In this document: positions 22,540 through 32,797 of the stretch, in pieces | Layout: every line of letters starts with the position of its first letter | Position numbering within the stretch: position 1 is the stretch's first letter | Source of the DNA: an uncultured delta proteobacterium | GTDB lineage: Bacteria; Desulfobacterota; Binatia; UBA9968 | DNA length: 64,000 nucleotides | Assembly (NCBI GenBank): GCA_963804165.1 | Contig: CAWDPO010000002.1 | Location: 213,426 to 277,425 of the forward strand | Reading direction: 5' to 3' | Translations under genes and position numbers: made by a program | The notes under the pieces: model-generated | Seen by the model: the letters and a program-made list of their open reading frames with translations, nothing else | The model's database searches: none | What the model was told of the DNA's origin: nothing

Positions 22540-23036
22540 TTTATGGTTTCTCCAGTAAGCAGCACGGCAACCGGACGTTGCCAACTTATCGTCGATCCTT
22601 GGGCATCCACGATCGCCTTGGAAATATCTTCATTCTTGGAAATCACGCTGTATGGCGCATTGAGAACTTTTAGCAGCGGCTCAGTCGTGTCTTTATACGG
22701 TCCCATCAACCAAAACGCATCGCCGATGTCGCCGCGATAAGGAATCAACAGAAGCAGCGGCAAGCTCCACGCCATACAAAGGCTCGTAAGCGGCCACGCG
22801 GCCACCAGCAAGCCTGACGTCGGAACCAATAACGCCGGCCTTTTTCCGCTCAACCACGCGCCGGCGCAGACGCCGACGCCGATCGCCTCATTACTGACGG
22901 GCACGTAGGTAAAATGTCGGTCGTTCGCGACCCGCTCCTGCAAGTCCGAAAAATCCGAGTCGGGCATGAGAGAAACAAAATCCACCCCCGACCTCTTCAA
23001 TCCGTCAACGACTGCATCGACCGCCGCGACATCCAT
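22536..23036 (-). CDS. ThDP decarboxylase alpha subunit (ComD-like)
   Basis: SLMPDS, VSNEAIGVGVCAGAWLSGKRP, YRGDIG. Confidence 0.85.
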   Translation of the reverse strand: MDVAAVDAVVDGLKRSGVDFVSLMPDSDFSDLQERVANDRHFTYVPVSNEAIGVGVCAGAWLSGKRPALLVPTSGLLVAAWPLTSLCMAWSLPLLLLIPYRGDIGDAFWLMGPYKDTTEPLLKVLNAPYSVISKNEDISKAIVDAQGSTISWQRPVAVLLTGETIK

Positions 23037-23132
23037 GATTGCTTCCTCTTCGCTTTTTTAATTCGCTGCCATCGCTAACAACCTAATAGTCAATCCCCGC
23101 ACTCCAGTCAATTTTATTACGGCTTCCATGCT

Positions 23133-23425
23133 TTGGCGCGCCGCGGAGAATCGGCAGCAGCCCGGCGCCGCTGGCGGTGGAAAATTTGACATTCCCGCCG
23201 AGCAGCGCTTGCGACCCGAGCGCCTAAGGCAAGACGACAAGTTGCACGTCGAGTCCTTCTTGCCGGTAATAGCCGCGGTCGCGGGCGACGGCAAAAGGAG
23301 TCACGGCCGGCATGATCGCCGGGATCTGCAGCGGCACTTTGACCGGCTCCTGCGCCGCGCTGTGCGAACGCATGAGAAGCAACGCCGCGACGATTATAGT
23401 TCTGAGCCAAATGGCGATTTTACAT
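23133..23425 (-). pseudogene. Truncated NMT1-type SBP remnant
   Basis: Hand translation: ..AQEPVKVPLQIPA..FAVARDRGYYRQEGLDVQLVVLP*ALGSQALLGGNVKFSTASGAGLLPILRGAP; in-frame stop, then breaks off. Confidence 0.7.
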
Positions 23426-23520
23426 CCTTTGTGTTATTCGAACAAAAGTTCCGCACTGACGAATCGCAACCTAGCTTTCGCGTTGGTGCGAGTCAAGAAA
23501 CGCTTGCTCGGAGGATGATG

Positions 23521-24465
23521 ATGAAGTTTGGTGTTTTTCTTCCTGTGTCCGGCCGCGCGGCCGGTCGCAAAACTCTCATGCAGGCGGCGCAGCAAGCCGA
23601 ATCCCTGGGCTACGATTCCGTCTGGGCCGCCGATCGTCTCGTCATGCCGTGGAAGATCGACACCGCGTATCCCTACAGCAAGGAGGCAACGTTTATCGTT
23701 CCGCCCGACCGGCCGTTTTTCGACACGCTCACCTGTTTGGCATTTTTGGCGGGATGCACCGAGAAAATTCAATTGGGCATGAGCGTCATGGTGCTGCCCT
23801 ATCGCCATCCGCTCCACTGGGCGAAAATCGCGACCACCATCGATCAATTGTCCACGGGCCGGCTGATCATGGGCGTGGGCGTCGGCTGGATGGAAGAAGA
23901 GTTCGCCGCGATGAACGCGCCGTTTAAAGAGCGTGGTAGCGTCTCCGACGAGCAGCTCACGTTACTCAAGCAGCTCTGGACCGAAGAGCACATCACGTTT
24001 CACGGCAAGTATTACAACGTCGAAGACATCGCTTTTAATCCGAAGCCCTATCAAAAACCGCGCATCCCGGTCTGGGTCGGCGGCGAAGGCAAACCGGCGC
24101 AACGCCGCGCCGGTCAATACGGCGACGCGTGGTTCCCCTACTTCGTGAAAGTCACACCGAAAGAATTGTCCGCCCGCTACGATAACGTGCGCGCCGAGGC
24201 CAAGAAGGCCGGACGCAACCCCGACGAAGTCGAGCTCGCCTGCTGCCTGCCCGTCGAGCTGACTCCCACCGATGGCCCACCGATCGAAGATTATTTAAAA
24301 GGCAGCATCGACCAAGTCGCCGAAAGACTGCAGCAGTTCATCGACGTCGGCGTCATCCACATCGGCCTCCAGTTCATGATGCCCCACTACCCCGAGCGCC
24401 AAGAACAAATCGAGCGCTTCGCCCGAGAAGCATTGACGAGTTTAAAAGCCTACTCGAAGCCGTGA
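23521..24465 (+). CDS. LLM-class flavin/F420-dependent oxidoreductase
   Basis: MKFGVFLP, AESLGYDSVW, VLPYRHP, DQLSTGRLIMGVGVGW, PVWVGG; GGAGG RBS. Confidence 0.9.
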   Translation: MKFGVFLPVSGRAAGRKTLMQAAQQAESLGYDSVWAADRLVMPWKIDTAYPYSKEATFIVPPDRPFFDTLTCLAFLAGCTEKIQLGMSVMVLPYRHPLHWAKIATTIDQLSTGRLIMGVGVGWMEEEFAAMNAPFKERGSVSDEQLTLLKQLWTEEHITFHGKYYNVEDIAFNPKPYQKPRIPVWVGGEGKPAQRRAGQYGDAWFPYFVKVTPKELSARYDNVRAEAKKAGRNPDEVELACCLPVELTPTDGPPIEDYLKGSIDQVAERLQQFIDVGVIHIGLQFMMPHYPERQEQIERFAREALTSLKAYSKP

Positions 24466-24496
24466 TCGTGTCCCGTTCCCTCCGAGGGGTATAACT

Positions 24497-24700
24497 CGTT
24501 CGAGACGTTCAAAACGTTCAAGTAGTTCAAGCCGTTCCAGAAGTTCCAATCGTTCTGGCCGGTAACCCTGGAACGCTTCGAACCATTGGAACGACTGGAA
24601 CAAGTCCCAAGATTGGAACCATTGGAACATCTGGATCTGCCCTTGAACTTTTGAACCTTGAACATTGAACCGGCGCAGCCGTAGCGTAGCCATTGAACCG
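24497..24700. repeat. Inverted GTTCAA/TTGGAAC simple-repeat tracts
   Basis: Direct inspection. Confidence 0.75.
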
Positions 24701-24780
24701 GCGTAGCCCGAGTTCGGATCGCTTGAAGTGAACCGCGCTCGCGGATAAAAACATAACTGAAACTAGGAAGGACAAACTCT

Positions 24781-25785
24781 ATGGCCAATCTACCCAGAGT
24801 TGCTTTAATCTTGACCGGCGGCACCATCGATTCGGTCGGCAAAGACCGCCTCGATCTCGCCTGGTACATCGAAGCCGGCAAGCGCTTGAACGACGGTGAG
24901 CTACTCCAGCAGTTGCCGGAATTAAAAAGCATCGCCGAAGTGCAGGAAGTTCCGTTTCGCCGTCTGCCCAGCCACGCGCTGGTCGACAAGGACTGGCTCG
25001 ATCTCGTGCGCACGATTCATAAACTTTTCGACGAAGACAAAGCCGACGGCATCGTCATCACCCACGGCACCAACACGATCGAAGAGACCGCTTATTTTTT
25101 GAATCTGACCTTGAAGACCGACAAGCCGGTTGTCGTGGTGGGATCCATGCGCCCGTCGTCGGCGATCAGCGCCGACGGTTACTTGAATCTAGTGAACGCC
25201 ATCAAAGTCGCCGCCGATCCGCAATCGAAGGGCCGAGGCTGTCTGCTGGTCATGAACGACACGATTTTCAACGGCCGCGACGTGACGAAAAATGCCACTT
25301 ATCGCGTCGAAGCGTTTCAATCGCGCGACCTGGGACCGCTCGGCTTCGCCGACGGCGACGGCAAGATCGTTTACTACCATCAGCCCGTGCGCAAGCACAC
25401 GGTGAATACGGAATTCGACGTGAGTAATCTGCAATCGCTGCCCCGCGTCGACATGGTGCTCTCCTACGTCGGCGCCGACGGCACGATGATCGAAGCCGCG
25501 GCCAACGCGGGAGCGAAAGGCATCGTCAGCGCCGGCACCGGCGCCGGCCGTCCGACGCCCGCCGAAGATGCGGCGTTCGACAAATACTTCAAGGAAAAAG
25601 GCATGCTCATGTGCCTGTGCAGTCGCGTCGCCTCGGGCCGCGTTGTGCGTAGCCCCGGTTTGCAAAAACGCGGCTTCGTCGCCGGCGACAATCTGCAGCC
25701 ATGGAAAGCGCGTCTGCTGCTCGCGTTAGCGCTGACGAAGACAACGAATCCGGATGAGATCCAGCGGATGTTCGATACTTACTAG
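24781..25785 (+). CDS. ansA: Asparaginase/glutaminase family protein
   Basis: TGGTI, HGTNTIEETAY, GSMRP, LQPWKARLLL. Confidence 0.88.
   Translation: MANLPRVALILTGGTIDSVGKDRLDLAWYIEAGKRLNDGELLQQLPELKSIAEVQEVPFRRLPSHALVDKDWLDLVRTIHKLFDEDKADGIVITHGTNTIEETAYFLNLTLKTDKPVVVVGSMRPSSAISADGYLNLVNAIKVAADPQSKGRGCLLVMNDTIFNGRDVTKNATYRVEAFQSRDLGPLGFADGDGKIVYYHQPVRKHTVNTEFDVSNLQSLPRVDMVLSYVGADGTMIEAAANAGAKGIVSAGTGAGRPTPAEDAAFDKYFKEKGMLMCLCSRVASGRVVRSPGLQKRGFVAGDNLQPWKARLLLALALTKTTNPDEIQRMFDTY
25654..25785 (+). repeat. 132-bp direct repeat, copy A (asparaginase 3' end)
   Basis: Matches 29255..29386 except for 2 synonymous changes. Confidence 0.95.
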
Positions 25786-25910
25786 AATCGAACAAGTTCC
25801 AGTTAATCTTGCAACTTTACCCATAGTTTTGCAGGATGGCAGTATTATGCTTCCAAATTTTCTAGGCAACATTATGCTTTCCAGGATTTAGCGGCGATCT
25901 TACTCGAGAC

Positions 25911-27029
25911 GTGACCTTGAAAAATCTTTTAACAGCGCTTTTGATTAGTCTTTTCTTGACCTGCACCCTCAATGCAGCCGAGCCGAATCCTTCATCGCAC
26001 GCCGAATGGGGAAACACTCTCAAAAAAGCCCACGAAGAAGGTCAGCTCACGGTTTACGGCAGCACCAAGTATGACCTGCTGTTTGCGGAATTCCAAAAGC
26101 AGTATCCGCAGATCAAAGTAACTACAAGCACGACACGGGGAAGCGACGTGATCAGCCGTCTGATGTCCGAGCGACGGGCCGGAAGATATCTCGTGGATCT
26201 GCATCTGGGCAGCGCCAACGCGAGCTATCTTTTGTACAAAGCAAAGATCGTCGATCGGCTTAAACCTGCATTGATGCTTGCGGAAGTCACCGACGAATCC
26301 AAATGGTGGGGCGCAAAGCATCGCTACTTGGACGGCGAGCGCGAATACATTTTCTCCTTCGATGGCGAAGCGCAGATGCTGTTTGCTTATAATACCAATC
26401 TGGTCAATCCCAGTGATTTTAAATCTTTGTGGGATCTGCTTGATTCCAAATGGAAGGGAAAGATTGTCGGATTAGACCCCACCAACCAAATTGGTATCGG
26501 CGTAGGATTGCGCTTCATATATTACAATCCCGACCTCGGAGCTCCGTTTTTGAGGAAACTTTTGGGAGAAATGGAACTTGTCGCCAGCCGTGATACACGC
26601 CAAATCGGAGATTGGCTGGCCGTCGGCAACTACGCCCTTTCAGTCTTCACGGACCCCACTCGAACAGGATTGGACGCAGCAAAGAAACAGGGGCTGCCGG
26701 TGGATTGGTTTGGCCCCAAGGCTTTTCGCGAGGGAGTGCCCTTGAGCTCCAGCACCGGCAACGTCGCATTAATGGATAAAGCACCGCATCCCGCTGCGGC
26801 GCGAATTGCAATCAACTGGCTACTGTCCCGGAACGGTCAGTCGGCATATCAAAAACTTTTTAAAGAGCCCGATTCCTTGCGAATAGATGTTCCCAAAGAA
26901 GCGGTTCCACCGGAGAGCCGCAGGACGGCTGATGCAAAGTACGTAGAGATCGATAGAGCCGATAGAATGGACATGGAGCCTATCTTTAAGATTGTCGATG
27001 AAGTATGGAAAAAGGGTAAAAGGGATTAG
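25911..27029 (+). CDS. Extracellular solute-binding protein (Fe3+/thiamine SBP_bac_6-like)
   Basis: Signal peptide, A.EEG.LTVY, YNTNLV, DLLDSKWKGKI, APHPAAARIAINWLLS..GQ. Confidence 0.87.
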   Translation: MTLKNLLTALLISLFLTCTLNAAEPNPSSHAEWGNTLKKAHEEGQLTVYGSTKYDLLFAEFQKQYPQIKVTTSTTRGSDVISRLMSERRAGRYLVDLHLGSANASYLLYKAKIVDRLKPALMLAEVTDESKWWGAKHRYLDGEREYIFSFDGEAQMLFAYNTNLVNPSDFKSLWDLLDSKWKGKIVGLDPTNQIGIGVGLRFIYYNPDLGAPFLRKLLGEMELVASRDTRQIGDWLAVGNYALSVFTDPTRTGLDAAKKQGLPVDWFGPKAFREGVPLSSSTGNVALMDKAPHPAAARIAINWLLSRNGQSAYQKLFKEPDSLRIDVPKEAVPPESRRTADAKYVEIDRADRMDMEPIFKIVDEVWKKGKRD

Positions 27030-27094
27030 CGTGGAAGGGTCTGCCGAGCAAGATTCGCGATCGAGCTTTTAGGGTGGTGAAAGGAGAAGTCAAG

Positions 27095-28252
27095 ATGCTC
27101 ACGGTTGCGCAAAAGAAAGAGGGTGACGTGCCGGAACTAGCGATGGAAGATGTTTCGTTCATCGACTGCGATACTCATTTTCTGCCGCTGCAGGCTTTGG
27201 AAAAGCTCGGACGCCTGCATCCCGACTTCTTCCGCTTTAGCGCTGAAGAAGATTGGGTGCGGTTCACCTATCAGGGAAGAATTATCGCCGAGAGCCGAGC
27301 GGGGGGCGAAATATCGGGCGCCGCCAAACACGGCCATCTCTACCTTGAAAAGAAAGCCCAGGATATGGACCGCGAAGATCCGCGCAGCGTGCAGATTCTC
27401 GGCTTCGCTCAGAGCATCTGCGGTACCCTCTATCCTCCCGGCATAGGCGCCGACGTTTGTCGTTCCCTCAACGAGGGAGTTGCGGAGCTGTTGGACGGGT
27501 CGAATATACGAGCCCGCTTTATTCCCGTGGCGGCCATTTATCTTCCCTGGGTTGAAGCGTCCGTGCGAGAAATAAAACGCACCCAGAAGCAAGGTTTCAA
27601 AGGCGTATTTCTCGGACCTATCCGCGAACCCTACGCAGATCTTAGCCTTGGCTCCCAAGGGATTTGGAATATTTATGAAGCGCTCAATGATCTCGACATG
27701 CCCATCGTCTATCACACCAGCAACCGCCAGTGGAAAGATTGGAGCAGCTACGACTACAAAACGATCAACATCCCTGAATTAGTCGGCGCGAACCATAAAG
27801 CGCTCCAAAGGGTGGGTGATCTCGGCCTGCTCTACGGCTTACCCTTCACCTATGCTTGCGACATAGCCGAGTTGATTTTTTCCGGGACGCTCGATCAGTT
27901 TCCCAATCTTCGTTTCTGTCTGCTCGAAGGACGCGTCGCGTCTTACCTTCCGGCGCTCATGGACTCGTTAGATCAGGTGCGCCTGAAACGTCTCAGCTAT
28001 AGGATCAAGCGCCGTCCGAGTGAATATTTGTCGCATTTTTATCCCGCGGTTACAGCGAATGAAAAGTGGCTTCACCACACCATCGAGGCTTGGCCCGATC
28101 ACAATATGGTATTGGGAAGCGACTACCCGCACGCGGACGCGAGCGGAACGTGGCCTAATTCAGTAAAAATGATTCGAGAGAATACAAAAATCTCCGACGC
28201 GGATAAGGAGCGGATCCTGGTAGGAAATGCTCGACGATTCTTTAGATTTTAA
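27095..28252 (+). CDS. Amidohydrolase family protein
   Basis: IDCDTHF, PIVYH, FPNLRFCLLEG, GSDYPHAD. Confidence 0.87.
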   Translation: MLTVAQKKEGDVPELAMEDVSFIDCDTHFLPLQALEKLGRLHPDFFRFSAEEDWVRFTYQGRIIAESRAGGEISGAAKHGHLYLEKKAQDMDREDPRSVQILGFAQSICGTLYPPGIGADVCRSLNEGVAELLDGSNIRARFIPVAAIYLPWVEASVREIKRTQKQGFKGVFLGPIREPYADLSLGSQGIWNIYEALNDLDMPIVYHTSNRQWKDWSSYDYKTINIPELVGANHKALQRVGDLGLLYGLPFTYACDIAELIFSGTLDQFPNLRFCLLEGRVASYLPALMDSLDQVRLKRLSYRIKRRPSEYLSHFYPAVTANEKWLHHTIEAWPDHNMVLGSDYPHADASGTWPNSVKMIRENTKISDADKERILVGNARRFFRF

Positions 28253-28275
28253 TGTTACGGGATTTTCGCCCTCTA

Positions 28276-28334
28276 GGGAAGAACTACGGAGGGAAGAACT
28301 ACGGTCGGAAGGGAAGAACTACGGTCGGACCAAG
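28276..28334 (+). repeat. Three progressively longer GGGAAGAACTACGG units running into the left IR of the RAYT element
   Basis: gggaagaactacgga gggaagaactacggtcggaa gggaagaactacggtcggaccaag. Confidence 0.85.
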
Positions 28335-29241
28335 CTATGTCCTTGCTTCATCAACGGTTTCATCCCAAAAGAAAGTGTTTTGATCCCTTAGAGCCTCATT
28401 TTCCGCGGCAAATTGAGTCCGTAAGCTTCGGCCGGTTCGCGCAGCGCGTAGCTTGCATCGCCTTCTACCACATCGCGATGTGCGGCTTTGAAGCCAAGCT
28501 CGTTTTTGACACTTTCAACAAAAGATCGACTTCCAACCGCGATCGCTTCCGACCAGCGATCATCGCGGCTCGCTAATCCGTTTTCCAGTCCTTGCTCCAC
28601 CCACTGGCGATGCGCTCTTTGAAAATCTCCAAGCCGAAAAGCCGCTTAACTCCCTCAAGCCCTCCCATCGAACATTGGAACCATTCGGCGGATTTTGAAT
28701 CTCGAAAAACCACTATCCTTCCATTCTCAGGATGATTCACCACGCCCGCGCGCACCATGTTTAGGTCTATGTAAACCAAACAACGTTGCAGGTGCTCGTC
28801 AGCGTCGACAGCTGTGGCGTGATAACGATCTTCCCAGAACGCTCCCCGCTTCCCTTTCCGCTGGTTGTACTCCAGCGCAGTGCTGCCGGCGATGAGTTGC
28901 ATACTCTCCGCGATAACGTTTGCGCCTGTGTCTTTAACCATTAGGTGAACGTGGTTGGACGTGACTACATAATTGAGAACAGACAGGCCGTAACGCTTCT
29001 TCGCCTCGAACAGCCAATGTAAATAGCGCCGTCGATCGCGCGCGAACTTGAGGAGAAATTTTCTTTGATGGCAGCGGTGCGTGATATGCCAGACGTAACC
29101 AGGCAGAAAGTGACGGCTTGCTCGTGGCATCTTCGTTCTTAGAGCCAGCGTTCTTGGTTCAAAAAGTGGCCTCTAAGCTCTAAATAGATGCCTTTTATTC
29201 TATCTTAGCTTGTTAAATCAAGATCTTGTCTTGGTCCGACC
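28323..29241 (-). mobile_element. REP-associated tyrosine transposase (RAYT, Y1 HUH) element with 12-bp terminal inverted repeats; CDS ~28388..29130, frameshifted
   Basis: WHITHRCH, YVVTSNHVHL (HUH), FWEDRY, YIDLNMVRAG; GGTCGGACCAAG at 28323 and its reverse complement at 29230-29241. Confidence 0.88.
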
Positions 29242-29254
29242 TAGAAACCTTCGG

Positions 29255-29386
29255 CCCGGTTTGCAAAAACGCGGCTTCGTCGCCGGCGACAATCTGCAGC
29301 CATGGAAAGCGCGTCTGCTGCTCGCGTTAGCGCTGACGAAGACAACGAATCCGGATGAAATCCAGAGGATGTTCGATACTTACTAG
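29255..29386 (+). pseudogene. Duplicated asparaginase 3' end (direct repeat copy B)
   Basis: PGLQKRGFVAGDNLQPWKARLLL..MFDTY* repeated. Confidence 0.92.
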
Positions 29387-29391
29387 TTAAC

Positions 29392-29556
29392 GTCCTGTAT
29401 CCGAAGTTCTTCATTGAATGTCTTCCTCTTTTCCGTCATACCGGCGAAAGCCGGTATCCAGAGGCATTTGAAATTCCTGGATTCCGGGTCGCGCCAGCTA
29501 TCGCCAGCTTGCCCGGAATGACGATCAACTTGTGTAACGAACTTCAATTACAGGAC
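29392..29556. mobile_element. MITE-like element with TIRs related to 3784/10129 but carrying a GTCATACCGG-type REP doublet
   Basis: GTCCTGTATCCGAAGTTC ... GAACTTCAATTACAGGAC. Confidence 0.7.
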
Positions 29557-29638
29557 AGTCGTGAACGGTAACTGGAATCGCGTTTGTAACTTTACCCATA
29601 GTTTTGCCAGAATGGCGGTATTGGTGCTTCAAATTTTT

Positions 29639-29737
29639 CTACTCGCTCTCGTGTAAGAACGTCTTCTGTCTATGCTTCCCGCGCACGATCACGTGATACA
29701 GAACGCCGGAAGCCAACGGCCTGGTTCGCCTCGCCAT
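29639..29737 (-). pseudogene. N-terminal fragment of a second RAYT type
   Basis: MARRTRPLASGVLYHVIVRGKHRQKTFL; TGCAAGACCTGCCCC REP-like motif nearby at ~29831. Confidence 0.65.
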
Positions 29738-30099
29738 GCATTTCCTATAACAGCGAGTGATCAGAAATTATTCAAGATTGGCTAGATCAGAAAGTCTGGC
29801 GACAGGCTTGCCTTTCAAAACATGTTGCATTGCAAGACCTGCCCCAAGTTTTGACCCGATATTCTTCTGACTGGAACCACTGGAACGCTTGGAACTGAGC
29901 AAAGCGATGGAACAATTAGATAGAACCGCCGATGCGACCGCGTGCAATCAAACCGATGTGAACCAATGGCGTTTCATCGTCGTCCCGACGAACGAGCTTT
30001 TCTCCCTCTCTTGCCTTCGCCCGACGGATGTTGTTGAATTCCAATCGAGAAAAGGAGATCACGGTCGGAGCCAAGCCTGGTTCCGCTGTGAGATTGGCT

Positions 30100-30573
30100 A
30101 TGAAAGCTGTCAGAATCATTGCTCTGATCGCACTGATCGCTATCCCTAGCTCGTCTTACGCCTGGTCGCGAGGCGGAGCGGTCGTCGTGAGACCCGGTTT
30201 TTCCAGAGGGGTCGTTGTTGCCAGACCTGGTTTCGCCAATGGCGTCGTTTTCGGCAGACCCGTATTTCCCGGACGCTTTGTCGCGGGCCGAGTCGTCGTC
30301 AATCCGGTTTTATATCCCCGGCCCTATTATTTTTCTTCACCCTACATTTATTACTATCCGTCGAGCTCAGTTTATTCTTACTCTTATACTGTACCACCCT
30401 CGACCCCGTCCGCGCCGACTCCACGTGACGCCTACGATCGCGGCTACGCCGAGGGGTACTCGCAGGGTTACGAAGAGGCTCTGAAAGCGCGCGACAACGA
30501 ACGCTACGAGGAAGGGAAAAAACAGGGCTACGAACAAGGCTATGAGGCCGGCAAAGAAGCTCCGAACCCCTGA
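30100..30573 (+). CDS. Hypothetical secreted Gly/Pro/Tyr-rich protein
   Basis: Signal peptide MKAVRIIALIALIA..SYA, VVVRPGF repeats, GYxxGY repeats. Confidence 0.65.
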   Translation: MKAVRIIALIALIAIPSSSYAWSRGGAVVVRPGFSRGVVVARPGFANGVVFGRPVFPGRFVAGRVVVNPVLYPRPYYFSSPYIYYYPSSSVYSYSYTVPPSTPSAPTPRDAYDRGYAEGYSQGYEEALKARDNERYEEGKKQGYEQGYEAGKEAPNP

Positions 30574-30940
30574 TCCACTGTCGTCCCGCGAATTAGAAAT
30601 AACTCGCAGTTCATAGCGCTAGTTATAGTTGTCGGCCATGAGCTGAGGACATTAAAAAGGGGAGCAGCTACTTGCGAGTCCGAATCTCATCGCGATTTGC
30701 GCTTGCCAATCCTTCCTTCCGAACGGTCTCTGTCGATTGACGTCACGGATTACACGGCGGATGTGGCATTGAATGACCGGGAGCGCTGGGGTCAGGCATG
30801 AGTTGTGATTCGCTGAAGAACCCCTCATTTTGATTTGTGATCGACGTTAAGAATGGTGCTACGACGAGGGTAATGTTGCCGAGCGAGAAATTTTGACCTG
30901 CTACGGCGCCACAAGCAAGAGAAGTGGCTCGCTCTTAACC

Positions 30941-32551
30941 TTAGGCAGGGCTCAGAGCCGATGTTCTGATGTGGAAGGCGAGCAGATTTAGATATCGTTT
31001 CACATTGCAAGCGGCTCCAATCAAATAATGCGATAGCCCGACTCGGCTCAGCCCCCGATATTTCGTCCGTCTCAGCCCGTGCCCGCGCACCAACTCGCTG
31101 TGGGTCCCTCTATCCCGTTTCGCGGATGCATGCTCTTTGAGAACCCGCTCTGTTTCATTTCTCTGCGCCGCTGCTCGACCAGATCATGGCGCAGTCCGCG
31201 ACCAAAGTTCTCCGTCCACTCTTGGAACGTGTACACTGATTTTGTACAGGACAACTATCACATTGATTACCCCACTCGATGCGATAGTACTCGGTTCCAT
31301 GTAGCTATCTTTGATGCGGCTGCACTGCGTGCTGAGTTTGCCCTGGGGACAAACCGCCTGGCGTTTGTCGATATCAACATGGAACGCATCGCTATTGTAC
31401 GCTCCCTTGTGCGGGTCGGGACGCGTCGGGCCTAATAACTCGATGCCGTTTTGTTCAGCTTGCGTTAAGGTGTTCTCGGTGACGTAACCGGCATCGGTAT
31501 ACATCGCCTGGGGTGTGATCTCATGGTGCTGCTGTTCTCTTTTGAGCGTCTCGGTTAAACCCGCCATCTCGTCCTGGGCCGCCTCGGTGGTCAGTATCTC
31601 GGTAATAAAATGCTCGGCGGGCTCGCCTTTTTTCTTGATGGGTTGTTGTGGATCGACGCTCTCCGCCACATGCACCTTGTAGCAACTGCACTGCTTGGTC
31701 CTCTTATCGGCATAATGCGCATCGGGATCATGCGGATTATGTACCGCGCGGGGCGGCCGCTTGGTGGCGGGCTCAAGCTTTCCCTCGACCACCTCAAAGT
31801 GCTCCTCAAAGACCCGGCGCAAAAGTTTCACCGCCTCCCGTTCCCTGAGCTTAGAATCATTTCTGTCTAGCCACTCCAAAAGCTCTCTCATGTGTTGCCC
31901 ACACTGCCGATAGCGCCTATCGTGCTCGGTCTTGCTTAATCGCCAATCGAGTTTGCTCTGCACGTACAACTCCCATAGTCTGTCCCAAAACTCGGGCCGC
32001 TTTTTTCTTCCCAACTTCATGTTCCAAATCCTCCACCGCCAAGCGCAGCGTCTCCATCGCGCACTCCAAGTAGCTCATCGCTTTCACGTATCCCACGATA
32101 TGGGTGCTATCGAGCCGCTGCTTGCCTTTTTCTTCACCAATCCCAACTCCACGAGGAGCTTTAAGATCCAGTCAAAAATCATCCGCTCGGCTTTTTTCTT
32201 TTCCAGCGGGGCGCGAAAATAAACCAACACGTGGAATGAAACGGTCGTAGTCCAGTTCCAAATACAGGGCGTACTTCCAACGCAAGTGATACACCACCTG
32301 CTCGGTGGCCGAGCGGTCGGCCGCTTTCTCCATGAACTGCAGCAGCGTCACCGCGCATAACAGCACGGATCGATAGCCGGTCGCCCGTTATCCTCGCAGT
32401 AAAGCGCATGAAGCTTAGCTGAAAGCTCTAAAAGCTTGGGCTAGATCTTTTCTCTAAACAGCCGGTAGCGGTTGGCCGGACCGAAAAGATTTCCAGCAAG
32501 ATAGTCGGTATGATAAAAGCTTCTCTGGGCATCGGCGGCTCTTACGCTCAT
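30941..32551 (-). pseudogene. IS1182/IS5-like DDE transposase, disrupted
   Basis: MSVRAADAQRSF..LFREKI*, TLLQFME, NPHDPDAHY, YKVHVAE, YTDAGY, CPQGK, RNGIEG, RTKYRGL; stops and frameshifts. Confidence 0.8.
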
Positions 32552-32614
32552 GGAAAAATCATGAAGGCGACATCTTCGCTTGTCAACGTCTATTTAATTA
32601 ACTAGAGTCGCCAA

Positions 32615-32797
32615 ATGAACTATCCCACTAAAGTCCAGGCTATCCGCCGCAAAAAGGCCGTCTCTCAGTGTTATGTTAACTTGCCGCTGCCTCTAGCTGC
32701 GGCTATTGATATCGAACCAGGGGAGATGGTGCAGTGGAAAGTCGACACCCGTTACAAACTCTTCCTCATCCGCGAACGACCTAAGAAAAGAAAATAA
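32615..32797 (+). CDS. Small AbrB/MazE-like DNA-binding protein, divergent from the transposase
   Basis: TKVQ..YVNLPLPLAAAIDIEPGEMVQW swapped-hairpin pattern. Confidence 0.6.
   Translation: MNYPTKVQAIRRKKAVSQCYVNLPLPLAAAIDIEPGEMVQWKVDTRYKLFLIRERPKKRK

Noticed and set aside
23128-23520. N-terminal extension of the LLM protein
   Set aside because: Antisense of an SBP pseudogene; the real RBS/start is at ~23521.
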